The translations under genes were made by a program, and so were the position numbers. From Camelus ferus (taxonomy: Eukaryota): DNA of 64,000 nucleotides. Positions 45,713 to 59,013 of the stretch are shown here, in pieces. The stretch's first letter is position 1. Each line of letters opens with the position of its first letter. The notes under the pieces were generated by a model that was not told where the DNA came from, searched no databases, and saw nothing but the letters and a program-made list of their open reading frames with translations. The stretch lies in assembly GCF_009834535.1 (NCBI RefSeq), contig NC_045707.1, positions 12,586,001 to 12,650,000 of the forward strand, in the 5' to 3' direction.

Positions 45713-48700
45713 CTACTGCTTGCGCTTGGTCTCACTGAGCAGCTCCTGCCAGTTCTTCTCCATCTCCTCCTTGCAGTTGAGGAAGGCGTCCTCCAGCCGC
45801 CGCATGGACTCCGCCAGCGTGGGGTTGGTGCGCATCACCACCATGTCGTAGGCCATCCACGTGGCCTGCACTGCAACAATCAGAGAGGCCCTGGTCAGGC
45901 CGCGGGGCGGCTGCAGCCCTGGGCCCCCATGGAGGGCTGGGTGCCTCCAGTCGTGTCCAGGGTCCTGGGGTCCAGAACCCCTGAATCGCCCAATTACTCT
46001 AAGGAGAGAAAGCTGGTAGGCCATGCGTTATACAGGCCTCAAAAAAAAAAACACCAAAAACAAAAACAAACTCTATTAAAACTCCTCTCTACACAGAGCA
46101 TTAATGACACCTCCTTAATCTCACACAAGTCTCTACTTCACCAACCCACAACACTACAAGGCTGAAGCCCAGACTGACAGTAAGTGTGAGGAAAAATTAG
46201 AGCAAACATGCCTATCTGCAGCTCACAATTAGTGGTTACAGGATGATCCCCCAAGAAGTCATAACACCCCCCCCCCCCGTACACAGGTAGGGCTGACCAC
46301 TCCCACTCCTGCAAGGCCCTGAGCCTCGGGTTATCTCATGCCGATTGGCCTGGGATGCCTGCCCACCTCCACCTGGGCACCTCTGTGCTTTCATTAAGGC
46401 CAGTCCAGGGACTCTTCCTGAGGAAGTTTGCTGTGTTCCATGTTAGGCGTCCTTTGGTGCCCACCGCTACACTGTGACCCACTTTCTCACTCATTCCCTT
46501 TGAGAAGAACTTGAGGGCAATGCTCCCTGGGCCTACAGGGGGACATGTGCTTCCTGTACAAATCCAGTGGTTGTGTGCAGAAGCCCCACCTCCACACCTT
46601 CTCTCCGCGGCTCCCGCACCACTGGCATGGTTCCCCCTTTAGAACCATGAAGAACAGGGTCGTCTCTCCGGGCAGTAAGTATATCTGCTTGAACTGCTTA
46701 CGCCTGGCTGGCTACTCTGGGAAACTATGTCCTTAAGGAAACTAAGCAAAAAAGAGACAAAACGATCACTAATAAATGTACATGTATGTCTGCAGACAAC
46801 CGAGGTCAGCAGCATGGCAGACTTGAAGATTTACAGAAAGTGGCATCTGTTTGGTTAGAGAAAATTGTTGGAAAAGACCTGTGCCATACACCCCAACAGA
46901 TAGAGGGCACATGACTATACAGCCAGCACAAGAGTTCTCCAGTTTTTAGAAGCATGAGCGTCATCTGGAACACTCGTTAAAATGCAGACTGATGGCCCCT
47001 CCCAGAACTCAAAGAGGTTCTTGTGTAGCAGGTTGGGAATGCTGCCCAGGAACCTGCATCTTAATAAGTAACCCAGATAATTCTGGTGCAGGAAGCCTGC
47101 AGACCACCTGGATAGCAGGTGGAGCCCGGACCTGGAAGTGAGAGCACTGTGCTTCCCAGCTCCCCACCTGCTGGGAGTGTAACCTGGAATAAGTGGCTAA
47201 ACTTACTAACCTCAGTCTCCTCATACGTAAAGGACAGACAATGTCCTGATCCCATGGCTTTCTGTGAAGATTGAGCGGATGATATATGTAAACTGCCATG
47301 CACATATTAGGTGCTCAGAAATAAGAAACTCTTACTAAAAAATAAATGAGGTATTCAGGGCAAGGAATTAGGGTGGGTTTAAAAAAAAAAAAAAAAACAG
47401 CTCACAGAAATGAATATCATATAGTCCGTCCTACACAGCAGCTGGAATTCTAGCCCTGAGTTTCCTGAGGCCAAAGCAGAGAAGGAAACATGCTTAGTTA
47501 TACGACTCAGTGACCATAAAATAAAAACAAATCCATTGTTCCGTTGTTTAAGACCCAAGAATTTTCCTATAGGCATAGCTTATGGGAGGTATGCAATATA
47601 GCTGAAAATGCCCTTGACAAATCCCTGCTCTAAATACAAGGAGACTCTTCTATGTCTATAGTGTAACCACTGGTGAAAGAACCTGGTGGCACAGCAGCAG
47701 AGCACAGCTCAGAGAAGGCGGTTCAACGAGCACCGAAACACGGCACCAAGGCACAGCTCTCCAGTGACCTGATCCAAGGGAGAAAACCAGAATACACACA
47801 GAATAGGACGGACGCACATTTAGAAAACTCTACAGAAATACATGCCTCCTGAGGTTTTCGTTCATCTAGTGTTTACTGAGCACCTGCTCTGTGTTGGCAG
47901 TTGCTAAGACAGCCCTGCCATCTGTCTGCTACAGGATGGACACATCCTGCCCTCATGAAGTGTCTCTGCCAGCTGTAGTGGGAGGCGACAGATCATAAAC
48001 ACACAAGACGACTGCAGGTTGTGAACAGTGCTGTGAAGGAAATAAGCAGTGTATGTTGTGACAGAGAAATGTGGTAGGAGAAGCCTTATTTTAGAGCAGG
48101 TGGCGAGGGCAAGACTTCTCAAAGGGCTTTAGGGAAGGCCTGCACAGTAGCAAAGCCAAGGGCATAATCTCCAGAGGGACCTGAACAGCAGATATTCTGA
48201 GATGCTAATTAGGACTCACCCCACACACTTTGTGGCTTTACCTGCTGGGTAGGGCCAGGTCTGCACACAGAAAGAAATTTTAAAAAATGGTCAAGATGTG
48301 CACCTAAATGCCGGGTTCAGTAAAGAATGAAGATAAAGTGTTCCAAAAATCTGTATGGGAGAGGGGAGGACTATGGGATGCAATAAAGTGGATTTATTTT
48401 GAGCCTAAAAGGGGGAAGCAGAGAAAAAGGAATGAAAAGAAGGCCAGCTGACCAGGGATAAAGAGATGAAGATAAGCCAGCCTGGAGTTTCCAGCCCACA
48501 GACAAACTCACATCACTTGCAAAACAGAATAATCAACGTTGTAAAACGCAAATGGTGACGTTCTATCTTCTCAAGTCTCGGGTCCCAGGTCCTTTCACAG
48601 AGGAGTTCTGCCAGACATTGAAAGAACAGTTAATTCTTATCTAATATAAGTGATTTCAGAAACTAGAGAAAGAGAGAAGACTGATAAGCTCACTGTATGG

Positions 48701-51700
48701 ACTGGTGTAACTTTTTAAGAAAAGGATTTTATAGAAGCATTCTATTTACACTGTAGAAGATTTGAGAACAGAGATAAGCAAAAATAAAAACATAACTTTC
48801 CCTGAGCTGGTTTATTTTGAAATCAGACAAAGAGTATATGAAAAAATTATAGGTCTGCCTAACATGAATATAGATGTAAAATCCTAAATATGATATTATC
48901 TAATCAAGTCTAACAATGTGTTAAAATAATGTTATGATCAAGTAGAGTTTATAAAGAAATTCAAGGATAGCTGAGTGTCAGAAAATCAGTAATAATTAAC
49001 CACAATAAAAGGGGGGAAATCATAGGAATATCTCAGTTAATGCAAAAAAAAAAAAAAAAAAAAGGCAGTTAATGCCCATACCTATTTTTGACTTTAGAAA
49101 ATCAAAACTCTCACAAATTAGGAATAGAAGGAGACATTTTAACTTAGTAAAGGTGATATACCAAAAACTAATAGCAAACATTATACTTAATGGAGAAACC
49201 GTGGCTATACTCCTTTTAAGATTGGGATCGAAACAGATTTTCCGGTCAAGATGGCGGAGGGGTAGGACCATGAGCTCACCTCGCCTCATGACTACAATTA
49301 AACCACAACTGACTGCTAAACAACCATTGAAAAAAAGACTGGAACCTAGCGAAAAAGATCTTCTGCAACTGGAAGCATAAAGAGGGAACCATAGCAGGAC
49401 GGTAGGAGGGGTATGCTTGAGATAAAATTGGGCCCCATACCCCTTGGGTGGGCGACCCACAAGCTGAAGAATAGTTAAGTCGCAGAGACCCTCCCATAGG
49501 AGAGTTCTGAGCCCCACGTCAGGCTCCCCAGTCCGGGGTTCTGGCATTGGGAGAAGGAAACCCCAGGACATCTGGTTTTGAAGGCCAGTGGGGTTTGGCT
49601 CCAGGAGCCCAACAGGACTGGGGGAAACAGAGACTTCACTTGCTTGGGAAGCATACATGGAAACTCATGTGCTCCAAGTCCAAGGGCAGAGGCAGTGATT
49701 TCATAGGAACCTGGGCCAGGTCTGCCTGCCTATTTTGGGGGGTTTCCTGGGGACGCGGGGGATGGCTACAGCGCACCCAGGGGACATAAAAGCTGGTGGC
49801 AGACATTCCAGGAGTGTTCATGTACATGAGCTTTCCTGCAGAGCCCCACCCATCAGCAGACTTCCTGAGCCACAGAGGCCTCTAGACACGGCCCTTCTCA
49901 CCAGAGGTCCAGGACCAAGCTCCATCCAGCAGTGTGCAGGCCCCGGCTCCTCCTGCCAGGAAACCTGCATAAGCCTCTAGTCCAGCCTCACCCACCAGGG
50001 GCAGATGCCAGAAACAAGAAAACAGCAATCCCAAAGCCTGTGGAAAGAATCCACAAACACAGGCCAGACTCTACATTAGGACCAGCTGGACCCTGGCCCT
50101 TGGGTGACAGGAGAGGAGTGTACTGCTGGGACGCATAGGACCTCTCCCACAGAGGGCCACCTCTCCAAGGTCAAGAAATGTAACTAACCTACCTAAAAAT
50201 ACAAATAGAAAGATAAACAATATGAGGCAGCAGAGGAATATCTTCCAGGCCAAGGCGCGAGATAAAATCCCAGAAGTGGTGTAAAATGATTATAAATCAA
50301 TAAAAAATGTTTAAAAAAAATCCCAGAAGAAGAAATACGTGATGAGGAGATAAGCAATTTATCTGAGAAAGATAAATGATGGCAAAGATTTTCAGAGAGC
50401 TCAAGAGGAGTATAGATGCAGAGAGTGAAGTTTTTAGCAAAGAGCTGGAAAATATAAAGAATACCTAAACAGTTGAGATTTACAAATGTTAGTCACTATA
50501 TATAAAAATAGATTTAAAAAACTTTTTTTGTATAGCACAGGGAACTATGCTTAATATCTTATAAGAACCTTTAATGGAAAAAAATATGAAAACAAATATA
50601 TGTATGTATATGCAAGACTGGGACATTGTGCTGTACACCAGAAATTGATACATTGTAATTGACTGTACTTCAATTAAAAACAAAACAAAAAAAGAATACC
50701 CAAACAGAATTGAAGAATAAAATCATTTAAGTGAATAATACACTAGAAGGAACCAAGAATAGATTAAATGAGGCAGAAGAACGGATCAGTGAACTAGAAC
50801 ACAGACTAGTGAAAATCACTAGTACAGAATAGAAAAAAGAAAAAAGAATGAAAAGAAATGAGGATAGTTACGAGAACTCTGGAACAACATGAAGTGTACT
50901 AATATTTGCATTACAGGGGTCCCAGAAAGAGATGAAAGAGAGAAAAGACCTGAGAAAATTTTCAGAGAGATAATAACCGAAAACTTCACCAACTTGGGAA
51001 AATAAACAGTCACCCAAGTCCAGGAAGCGCAGAGTTCCACACAGGATCAACTCAAAGAGGAACACACTCAGGCAAACAATAATCAAATGGACAAAAATTA
51101 AGGGTAAGGAAAAAATATTAAAATTGGCAAGAGAAAAGCAACAAATAACATACAAGGGAACTCCCATAAGGTTATCAGCTGATTTTTCAGCAGAAACTCT
51201 ACAGGCCAGAAGGGAGTGGCACGATTTATTTAAAGTGATGAAAGGGAAAAACCTACAACCAAGAATACTCTATTCAGCAAGGCTCTCTTTCAGATTTGAT
51301 GGAGAAATCAAAAGCTTCACAGATAAACAAAAGCTAAAAGAATTCAGCACCACCAAATCAGCTTTACAACAAGTGTTAAAGGGACTTCTCTAGTCATCAA
51401 ACTGCAAGAGAACAAAAAGAAGAAAGAGAGAGAGAGAGAAAAAAAAAAGACCTACAAAAGACTGCTTTGGCAGTTCGGGGTCTTTTATGGTTCCATATAA
51501 ATTTTGGAATTGTTTGTTCTAGTTCTGTGAAAAATGTCATGAGTGTTTTGACAGGGGTTGCATTGGATCTGTGGATTGCTTTGGGTAATACAGCCATTTT
51601 GATAGTGTTGAGTCTTCCAATCCAAGAGCACAAGATATCTTTCCATTTCTTTGTATCATCTTCAATTTTCTTCATCAATGTTTTACAGTTTCCTGAGTAT

Positions 51701-54700
51701 AGGTAACCTCCTTGGTTAAGTTTATTTCTAGGTATATTATTGTCTTTGATGTAATGGAAATGTTTATGCCAGTTATAAAATTCTGGTTTTTGAAGTGGGA
51801 AAAAAAAGTGAATGAACGGCTGCAAATGGCAAAATATCCTTCTTTCTTATGGGTGAGTTGCATTCCATTACATATATATGCTGCATCTTCTTTATCCATT
51901 CATCTATTGATGTGCACTGATGATGCTTCCATATCTTGGTAATTATAACAACTGTTGTTGTTAATAGCAGGGTGTATGTATCTTTTTGAATTATTATTTT
52001 GTGGTTGGCTTTATTCCTTTGATAACGATGTAAGTTTAAAAAGCTAAAGCTCTAAATGTTCTTAGAAACAATGAACAGTACATATATGTCAATTTTAAAA
52101 AATATGTGCAGTATATTGTGTATATGTATTTACATGTGATATATATTTATATGTGCAAATTGTAACAATTCTACCTAATAAAACTGAAAAATGAAAAAAA
52201 AGAAAATAATTATACACCTAACCAAGTTACCACCCAGTTATAAACATAGACATATTCTTAAGCATTTATGAATTCAAGAAACACAATGTCTATAGCTATA
52301 GTTACTAGGGTAAATGTTTGAATTATTTGAATACAGAACGTGAATCTCAACAACCATAGGAATTATGACTACAGAATAGAATGTAAATATTGTAAATGCT
52401 GTGAATGTAAACATTACTTGTACTTGACAATATACAAATAATAATATAATGAATGATGGTTGTGTCTTAGTCTCTTCATTTTTAAAATAGGGATAATAAG
52501 AGTTCCTATAATCTCATAAAATTTTTGTGAGGATTAAATAAACTAATTCACATAGTGCTCAGAATAGCACCTAACTAGAATAGAATAGTAATCTAGCAAT
52601 TACTAAGTACCGAATGAACATTACTGATTAGTATTATTAGGTCCTGAATAAAGATAAAAAAGATATAACTGAAGAAATAACACTAGATTCCTTATTGTTT
52701 TCCCACAAACTTCCTTAATTTTGGAACAATCTTATAGGAGCTAGTGTATTTTTTATCTTGAAGAAATATTTATTTTAAGTGAAGAATTTCTTCATTTCAA
52801 TTCAATTTAAATTCTTAAGTAAAATTAATGGTAGTACTCTTTATTTTAAAAGTAATTTGTATGATAGCCAATAGGCTCATGAAAAATGCTTAATATCACT
52901 AATTATCAGAGAAATGCAAATCAAAACTACAATGAGGTATCACCTCACAATAGTCGGAATGGCCAGCATTCTGAAGTNNNNNNNNNNNNNNNNNNNNNNN
53001 NNNNNNNNNNNNNNNNNNNNNNNNNNNNNNNNNNNNNNNNNNNNNNNNNNNNNNNNNNNNNNNNNNNNNNNNNNNNNNNNNNNNNNNNNNNNNNNNNNNN
53101 NNNNNNNNNNNNNNNNNNNNNNNNNNNNNNNNNNNNNNNNNNNNNNNNNNNNNNNTAATTCAGTAAGATACATGCATCCCCATGTTCATAGCAGCACTAT
53201 ATACAAGCCAAGACATGGAAGCAAACTGAATGTCCAGTGACAGATGACTCAGATGACTGGATAAAGAAGCTGTGGTACATTTATAAAATGGACTACTACT
53301 CAGCCAAAAAAAAAGAATAAAATAATGCCATTTGTAGCAACATGGATGGACCCGGAGATTGTCATACTAAGTGAAGTAAGCCAGAAGGAGAAATAAAAAT
53401 ACCATATGATATCACTTACATGTGGAATCTCAAAAAAAAAAAAAAAAGACAAATGAACTTATTTACAAAACAGAAACAGACTTACAGATAGAAAACAAAC
53501 TTAGGGTTATCAGGGAGGAAGGGGGTGGGAAGGGATAGACTGGGAGTTCGAGATGTGCAGACAGTAACATATATAAAATAGATAAACAACAAGTTTATAC
53601 TGTATAGCACAGGGAACTATATTCAATATCTTATAGTAACTTACAGTGAAAAAGAATATGAAAATGAATATATCAATGTTCATGTATGACTGAACATTAT
53701 GTTATACACCAGGAATTGACACAATATTGACGCAAACTGACTATACTTCAATAAAATATATATATAAAAAATAAATTAAAAAGTAACCTGTATGATTCAA
53801 TTTTAATTAAACTGTATCTTTCAAAAAAAATTATCCCTCCATGTATCCATGCACAGGTCCATCATTCTATTTCTGCAGAGAGAGACTTGGAAGAGTGTTC
53901 ACCAATGTTAACGGCTAACTCTGAGTGACTGGATTGTGCTGATTTGAAACTTTCTTTGTAACTTTCTATTTTAATTTTACTTTGATTGGATTTTAAGAAC
54001 AATGTACAAGTAACACTTCTTTAAAAATCATTATTTAATAATTATCAATTAAACAATTACATAATGATGTTTATTAAATATAAACAAGATAATTATTCAT
54101 TATAATAATTTAATAGTTACTCTTTATTTTAAAATGCTAATAATCACACCTGGAAAATTCTGCTGTATACAATAATAATCTAATAAATTAATAAATATTG
54201 ATAAAAATGGATGATTTGGGAGGAAAATGAAATATCCACATTGACATAATCTTAAAGCAATAACCAAAGATGAAATTGAAAAAGTTATCAGGAGTTATTC
54301 CCAGTAGTCTTACCATTAAATGTTCAATAAAGAATTGTCTCCAAATACTGCACATATAATTTCAGAATGTAGAAAAAGAAGACTCTAGAGGTTGAGTAGA
54401 CCTGGACAGTTTAAACTCTCTAAGCTCTAATTTTCTCATCTATAAAGTGGAAATAACAGTGTCTTTCACTCATAAATCTATTACGAAGATTAAATGAGAT
54501 AATGTGTGTAAAGCACACGGTAAAAAGACCAACACCTGGGAGCTGACACACAAGCTGTTAGGGACAATATCAGAGTGACACTCAATGCCCGGACAGCTGC
54601 AGCCTTCCTATACCCTGGCATTAATTATTCAATAAATAAAACAGAAAACCTCCCATTTATAATGAGAACAGAAACACAGAAGTTAATGTATTAAAGAAAT

Positions 54701-57700
54701 CTGGAGAGGCTCCCTTTGGTAGCACATATACTAAAATTGGAATGATACAGAAAAGATCAGCAAGGGCCCTGGGCAAGGATGACATGCAAACTTGTGAAGT
54801 GTTTCACATTTATGTAGTGAACAGTATGACGACTATAGTTAGGAAGACTGCGTTACATATTTGAAAGCTACTAAGGGAGTAATCTTAAAAGTTCTCATCA
54901 CAAGGGAAAAATAACTTGTAGCCAGGTGAGGTGATGGATATTAACTAAACTTCTTATGATATCATTTCACAATATATACATATATCAAATCATTATGTTA
55001 CACAACCTAAACTTATACAATATTCTATGTCAATTATATTTCAGTAAAATTGGAAAAAATAAAACTGAAGGCAAAAAAAATCTGGAGAAAAATATTGCAA
55101 AACCCTTTGAGACATGTTAAAGAACATCTGAATAACTGGATTCACAGACATGGAAAACAAACTTATGGTTACCAGAGAGGGAACGGGGTGGGGAGAGATA
55201 AATTGGGTGTTTGGGATTTGCAGATAAAACTTCTATATATAAAATAGATAAACAGCAAGGTCGTACTGTATAGCACAGGGAACTATATTCAATATCATGT
55301 ATTAGCCTATAATGAAAAAGAGTATGAACAGGAATATATAAATATTATGTACAATTGAATCACTGTGCTATATACACCAGAAATTCACACAATGTTGTAA
55401 ATCGACTATACTTCAATTAAAAACAAAGAACATCTGAATAATTGGAGAGAAATACCATATTCCTGCATGAGAGTACTTAAAAAGATATTATTCTTTCCAT
55501 ATAAATGTATAGGTTTAACACAATTCCAAACAAAATATTAAATGAATCTATTATTTATCTGGGAGAATAAACATGTGAGAAAAGCTAAAAAGAGAAAAAA
55601 GAAAGAAAAAGGAATAATGAAGGGGGACTTACTGATTGATAATGAACTAATGTTGATATGCCATAAAACCTCACATATTATGAAATAGGTTAGCTATCTC
55701 TGCTCTACTATATGCACAAAGTTCACGAGTAGTTTAGAAATCACTTCCAAACTAATAGGATAAGATGGGATAGATTTTGGGGGGAAAAAGTTGGAATCTC
55801 TCCTTGTCCTGAGGAATTTTACATTCTCAAGGCTCATTCCCACACAAGGCATACTACAGCTAAACTTGTACTAGGAAAATCATCCTAGGTCATGTTTTGA
55901 CTTAAGTTCAAGAGCATGGAAAGAGAAACTTGAGGCCTTGGAGTCAAGAGGATTTTACCTTTTTATAATCGCTTAAAATAGGCATATATTTATGTATATA
56001 TAAATATGCACACTTATTTGCTGGTTGATGATTATAATAGTTGATGACTGCTTCTTTGGTGATTTTCCCTGCCCTGTGTGGTCACTGGAAAAATTGGCAA
56101 AAGCCTTCCCAGGGGCAACAGAGAGCAAGGACTCACATGTTGGGCCTCACTTTAAATTCAGTCTGAAGGGTCAGGGTGTGAGATTCATGTTACTTCTGTC
56201 AACAATATTTGTCCTAACTTGTTCTAGGACTGTGAAGAAATAAATAGTTCTGCTGCTTACACATCAGGTAGAAAAATATTTTACTGTTTCCAACCATTAG
56301 ATCTGAGTCCATGAGCCTAAAAACATATAATTTGCTTAAGAAATTACAAAAGCTAAATTTTACAAATTATTTTAATACTATTTAATCTGTAGATGCTTAT
56401 ATGTTCAATAAAACATTTACCAGCTGATAAACTGCTAAAGAAAAATTTTTAAAAATTTATATTACCCCCCAAATTAGGCAACTGTGCAGAACATTTATAT
56501 AAAAATATAATTATAAAAAAGAGGAAAATATGTACAACTAAAACTAAGAAAAAAATAAGCTAAAGGGAAAGTAATGGACCTTACGCCAAATCAAGGAATG
56601 TGACATGGAAGAGCCTGGGGAGGGGATGTGGAATCATGCACGACAGAAGCCTCATTCATGCCAAGGAGATGTAGGCTGTTTGTTTTATTTGTTTTATTTT
56701 GTGGGAAAGAAAGTGCACAAGCCTAACATGTGTAGCTGCTTAAATACAATAGTTGCATGTATTAGACAACTTCAAGTTTACTGAGAAAACTTTAAAAGAC
56801 AAATTTTAAAAATTGTCAAAGCTGAGTCTTTTATGACTTGTTTCAATAAAAACACCTGTCAACCTTGCCTCTAATGTGAGAGAGCAGAGAGAGCATTTTA
56901 AAAATAACAATATTACCTTAGTAATATCATCTTAGCAATATTAACTTCATTATGATTACTTAATAACTTACTTAACTATTACCTGAATTATTGTTGGGAT
57001 ATTTGCCAAAAAGAAAACCTCTAGTGGATCTAAATAAAAATGTAGTACGCAGCCTGGTTCCTTTGGCACACCAGATAGTTTAGAATTAAATGATTAAAAG
57101 AAAACACAGGTAGAAGTAAATATTTCACTGATCTTGGATTATGGAAAGATTTTCTAGGCATCACAGCAATGGTAATAAATCAGAAAGGAAAATATTGATA
57201 CATTTTTACTACATAAGACTTCTGTTTACCAAAGCTTCATGTACAACATCAAAAGGAAAATTATAAACTGGGAAAAACATTTACTACAATTTTAAGCAAG
57301 GACCTTATGGTCTTACAAATCAATAAGAGATTCTATCACAGAAACCTGCTATTCCTTTCTTGTTTTCAGTGCCATGCCCAAGTTAAGGCTAGCCCCTTTT
57401 CAGCCTTTAGTTCTGCAAAAACTTTCTAATATGTCTTCCTGCCTCTAGCCTTCCCTCTCCAACCATCTCTCACACTGTTACCAGAGGTATCTTTCTTAAA
57501 TACAAGCATCTTCCTTGAAATCCCAAATGGCTCCCTTTCACCTAGACAAGAAAGGTAAATCTCCTTAGCTTGGCACTGAAGACCATTCCTCTCACCTCTT
57601 CAGCCTCTTCTTTCTTTGGCCTGCCACCTTGTGACTCTCATGCGCTAATGTGGCTTCTTGACTGTGCCAGTCTCTCCACAGGCACACAGCCTTGGCTATC

Positions 57701-59013
57701 TCTCCTGCTGGACTGCCCTTCCTCTCTACCCAAAGGCCCCTACCTCACCTGTCCAGTCTCTGCTTCCTTCCCAGACTTGGTGTACACCATTATTAGCATT
57801 TGCCAGATTATAATTTTATTATAAAATTAAAATGTGTACATTTTAATTTATATATTTAAATTACAATTAGTTATCTTGATATCTGTTTCTGGCTCCCACT
57901 CACTTCTTCCAATGAAGGAGCATCTCTATTCAACTGTGTATTCCTAGAATAGCATATAGTAGGTGCACAGTAAATACTATTACATAAGAGAATATTTAAT
58001 TAGATCGAAGGAATTATGTAACTTATAGTATAAAATGAATTATATAACTTTTTTAAAAAGGTAGTTAAAATATATATAAAAACTTTCAAGTACATAGGCC
58101 CCCAAATTGCAAACATTTCTAAGTAGAAATTTTCTGAAGACTGTTGCAATAAGTGGAGATTATTTATAAACCAATAATGTCGTTAAAAACAGTTTGTTTT
58201 CATTTGAGTAGAGTATGCAGGCTATCTAAAATTTGTTTTACATTATGATTTTCTCTAGCAAAACTTGGGTTCACAAATTATAAGAATTATACATATTCTG
58301 AACTAGTAAAGAACAAATTTTAAAAATTATAATGGTATCACTACCACTGCAGTTACCACTTAGTGGAAACGTGCTGAATAAAATAACATACTAACATTCT
58401 TTTCTTAAAATGGAGAAATGTGTTCAACTCTATTGCTGCCTTATTCCACTGAGCCACTGAGCTATACCCCCCATTTCAGCACCTCACCAGTCTTAGCACT
58501 ATTACTCTAAACTCTTTTTATTTAAATGACTCACAGAAAGAAGGTTCCAAGTCTGTTCACAGGTGTTATAGTAACATCATTGGTCATTTGCTGAGTACCT
58601 GAGCTTGGGTATGGCACTATGTACCCCATTACAAAAGAAGTCACTATTTCTACCCTCAAGAAGATAACAGTCCATTTGCAGAAATAAGATGCAAACACAC
58701 ATAAAATAATCAAAAAAATAATTCAAGGAAACATTCAATGATCAGTGTAAAACTTTATGGTACAGTAGTTACCTAGTATAGAAGTTGAAAAGTGGTCAGG
58801 GAAGGCCTTGTTAAGAAGGCACTTGGTTTGAGCTCACAAGTGAAGCAAAGATTTGAACTATTGGAAAGAAGGGTAAAGGCACTCTGCTTAGGAAAACATC
58901 CTACCTGAGATTTTTTCCATCTCTTCCAATAGCTTTTCCAAGTCTTTATTTAGGTCTGACAGCATTTTCAGCATGTTGTCATAGTTTCTTTCCCCAGGGT
59001 CAGAATCAGCCAT
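45713..59013 (-). CDS. SYCE3: Synaptonemal complex central element protein 3, two coding exons, 88 aa
   Basis: Exon 59013-58905 (109 nt, [36 protein letters not shown]) plus exon 45870-45713 (158 nt, [52 protein letters not shown]) = 267 nt, GT-AG. The non-coding first exon was not located and is probably off the right edge. Confidence 0.97.
46930..47125. mobile_element. MER5A-like hAT-Charlie element
   Basis: agttctcca..ttttagaagcat..tcatctggaa..ctcgttaaaatgcagact...ggaacctgcatcttaataag..cccagataattctggtgcag. Confidence 0.7.
49243..51460 (+). mobile_element. L1 5' half (5' UTR promoter plus disrupted ORF1), antisense within SYCE3 intron, carrying two nested insertions
   Basis: Begins ccggtcaagatggcggag (YY1 motif typical of L1 5' ends). 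GC-rich 5' UTR to about 50220, ORF1 from ATG 50222 to TAG 51393 (..[46 protein letters not shown]). Confidence 0.9.
51460..51990 (-). mobile_element. Inverted L1 ORF2 fragments joined to the L1 5' half
   Basis: Minus-strand ORF 51397-51825 = L1 ORF2 ([43 protein letters not shown]). Confidence 0.85.
52866..53778 (+). mobile_element. 5'-truncated L1 3' end with TSDs, containing an assembly gap
   Basis: L1 ORF2 end (MRYHLT..RMA) and 3' UTR with A tail. TSD aaaagtaa(tt/cc)tgtatgat at 52848-52865 and 53779-53796. Confidence 0.88.
52978..53155. other. Assembly gap (178 N)
   Basis: Run of N. Confidence 1.
54708..54811 (+). pseudogene. RNU6: U6 snRNA retropseudogene, 5' part of a U6/L1 chimera
   Basis: ggctccctttggtagcacatatactaaaattggaatgatacagaaaagatcagcaagggccctgggcaaggatgacatgcaaacttgtgaagtgtttcacattt aligns end-to-end to U6 with many substitutions, including in the ACAGAGA box (acagaaa). 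Confidence 0.93.
54812..55077 (+). mobile_element. L1 3' UTR fragment fused to U6; the whole chimera is bounded by TSD aaatctggaga
   Basis: L1MA/MB-like 3' UTR (ttaaaagttctcatcacaag...ggtgatggatattaact...tgtcaattatatttcagtaaa). TSD at 54697-54707 and 55078-55088. Confidence 0.85.
55141..55424 (+). mobile_element. Short 5'-truncated lineage-specific L1 3' end with long TSD
   Basis: ttcacagacatggaaaacaaacttatggttacc... with A tail. TSD aaagaacatctgaataa(c/t)tgga at 55119-55140 and 55425-55446. Confidence 0.88.

Noticed and set aside
45644-46165. 173-aa plus ORF, and the intronic extension of the 103-aa minus ORF
   Set aside because: Antisense shadow of the SYCE3 last exon and read-through into the intron. 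The true exon starts at the 45870 acceptor.
54708-54811. Functional U6 gene
   Set aside because: Mutated ACAGAGA box, many substitutions, no evident upstream PSE/TATA, and fused to an L1 tail within TSDs.
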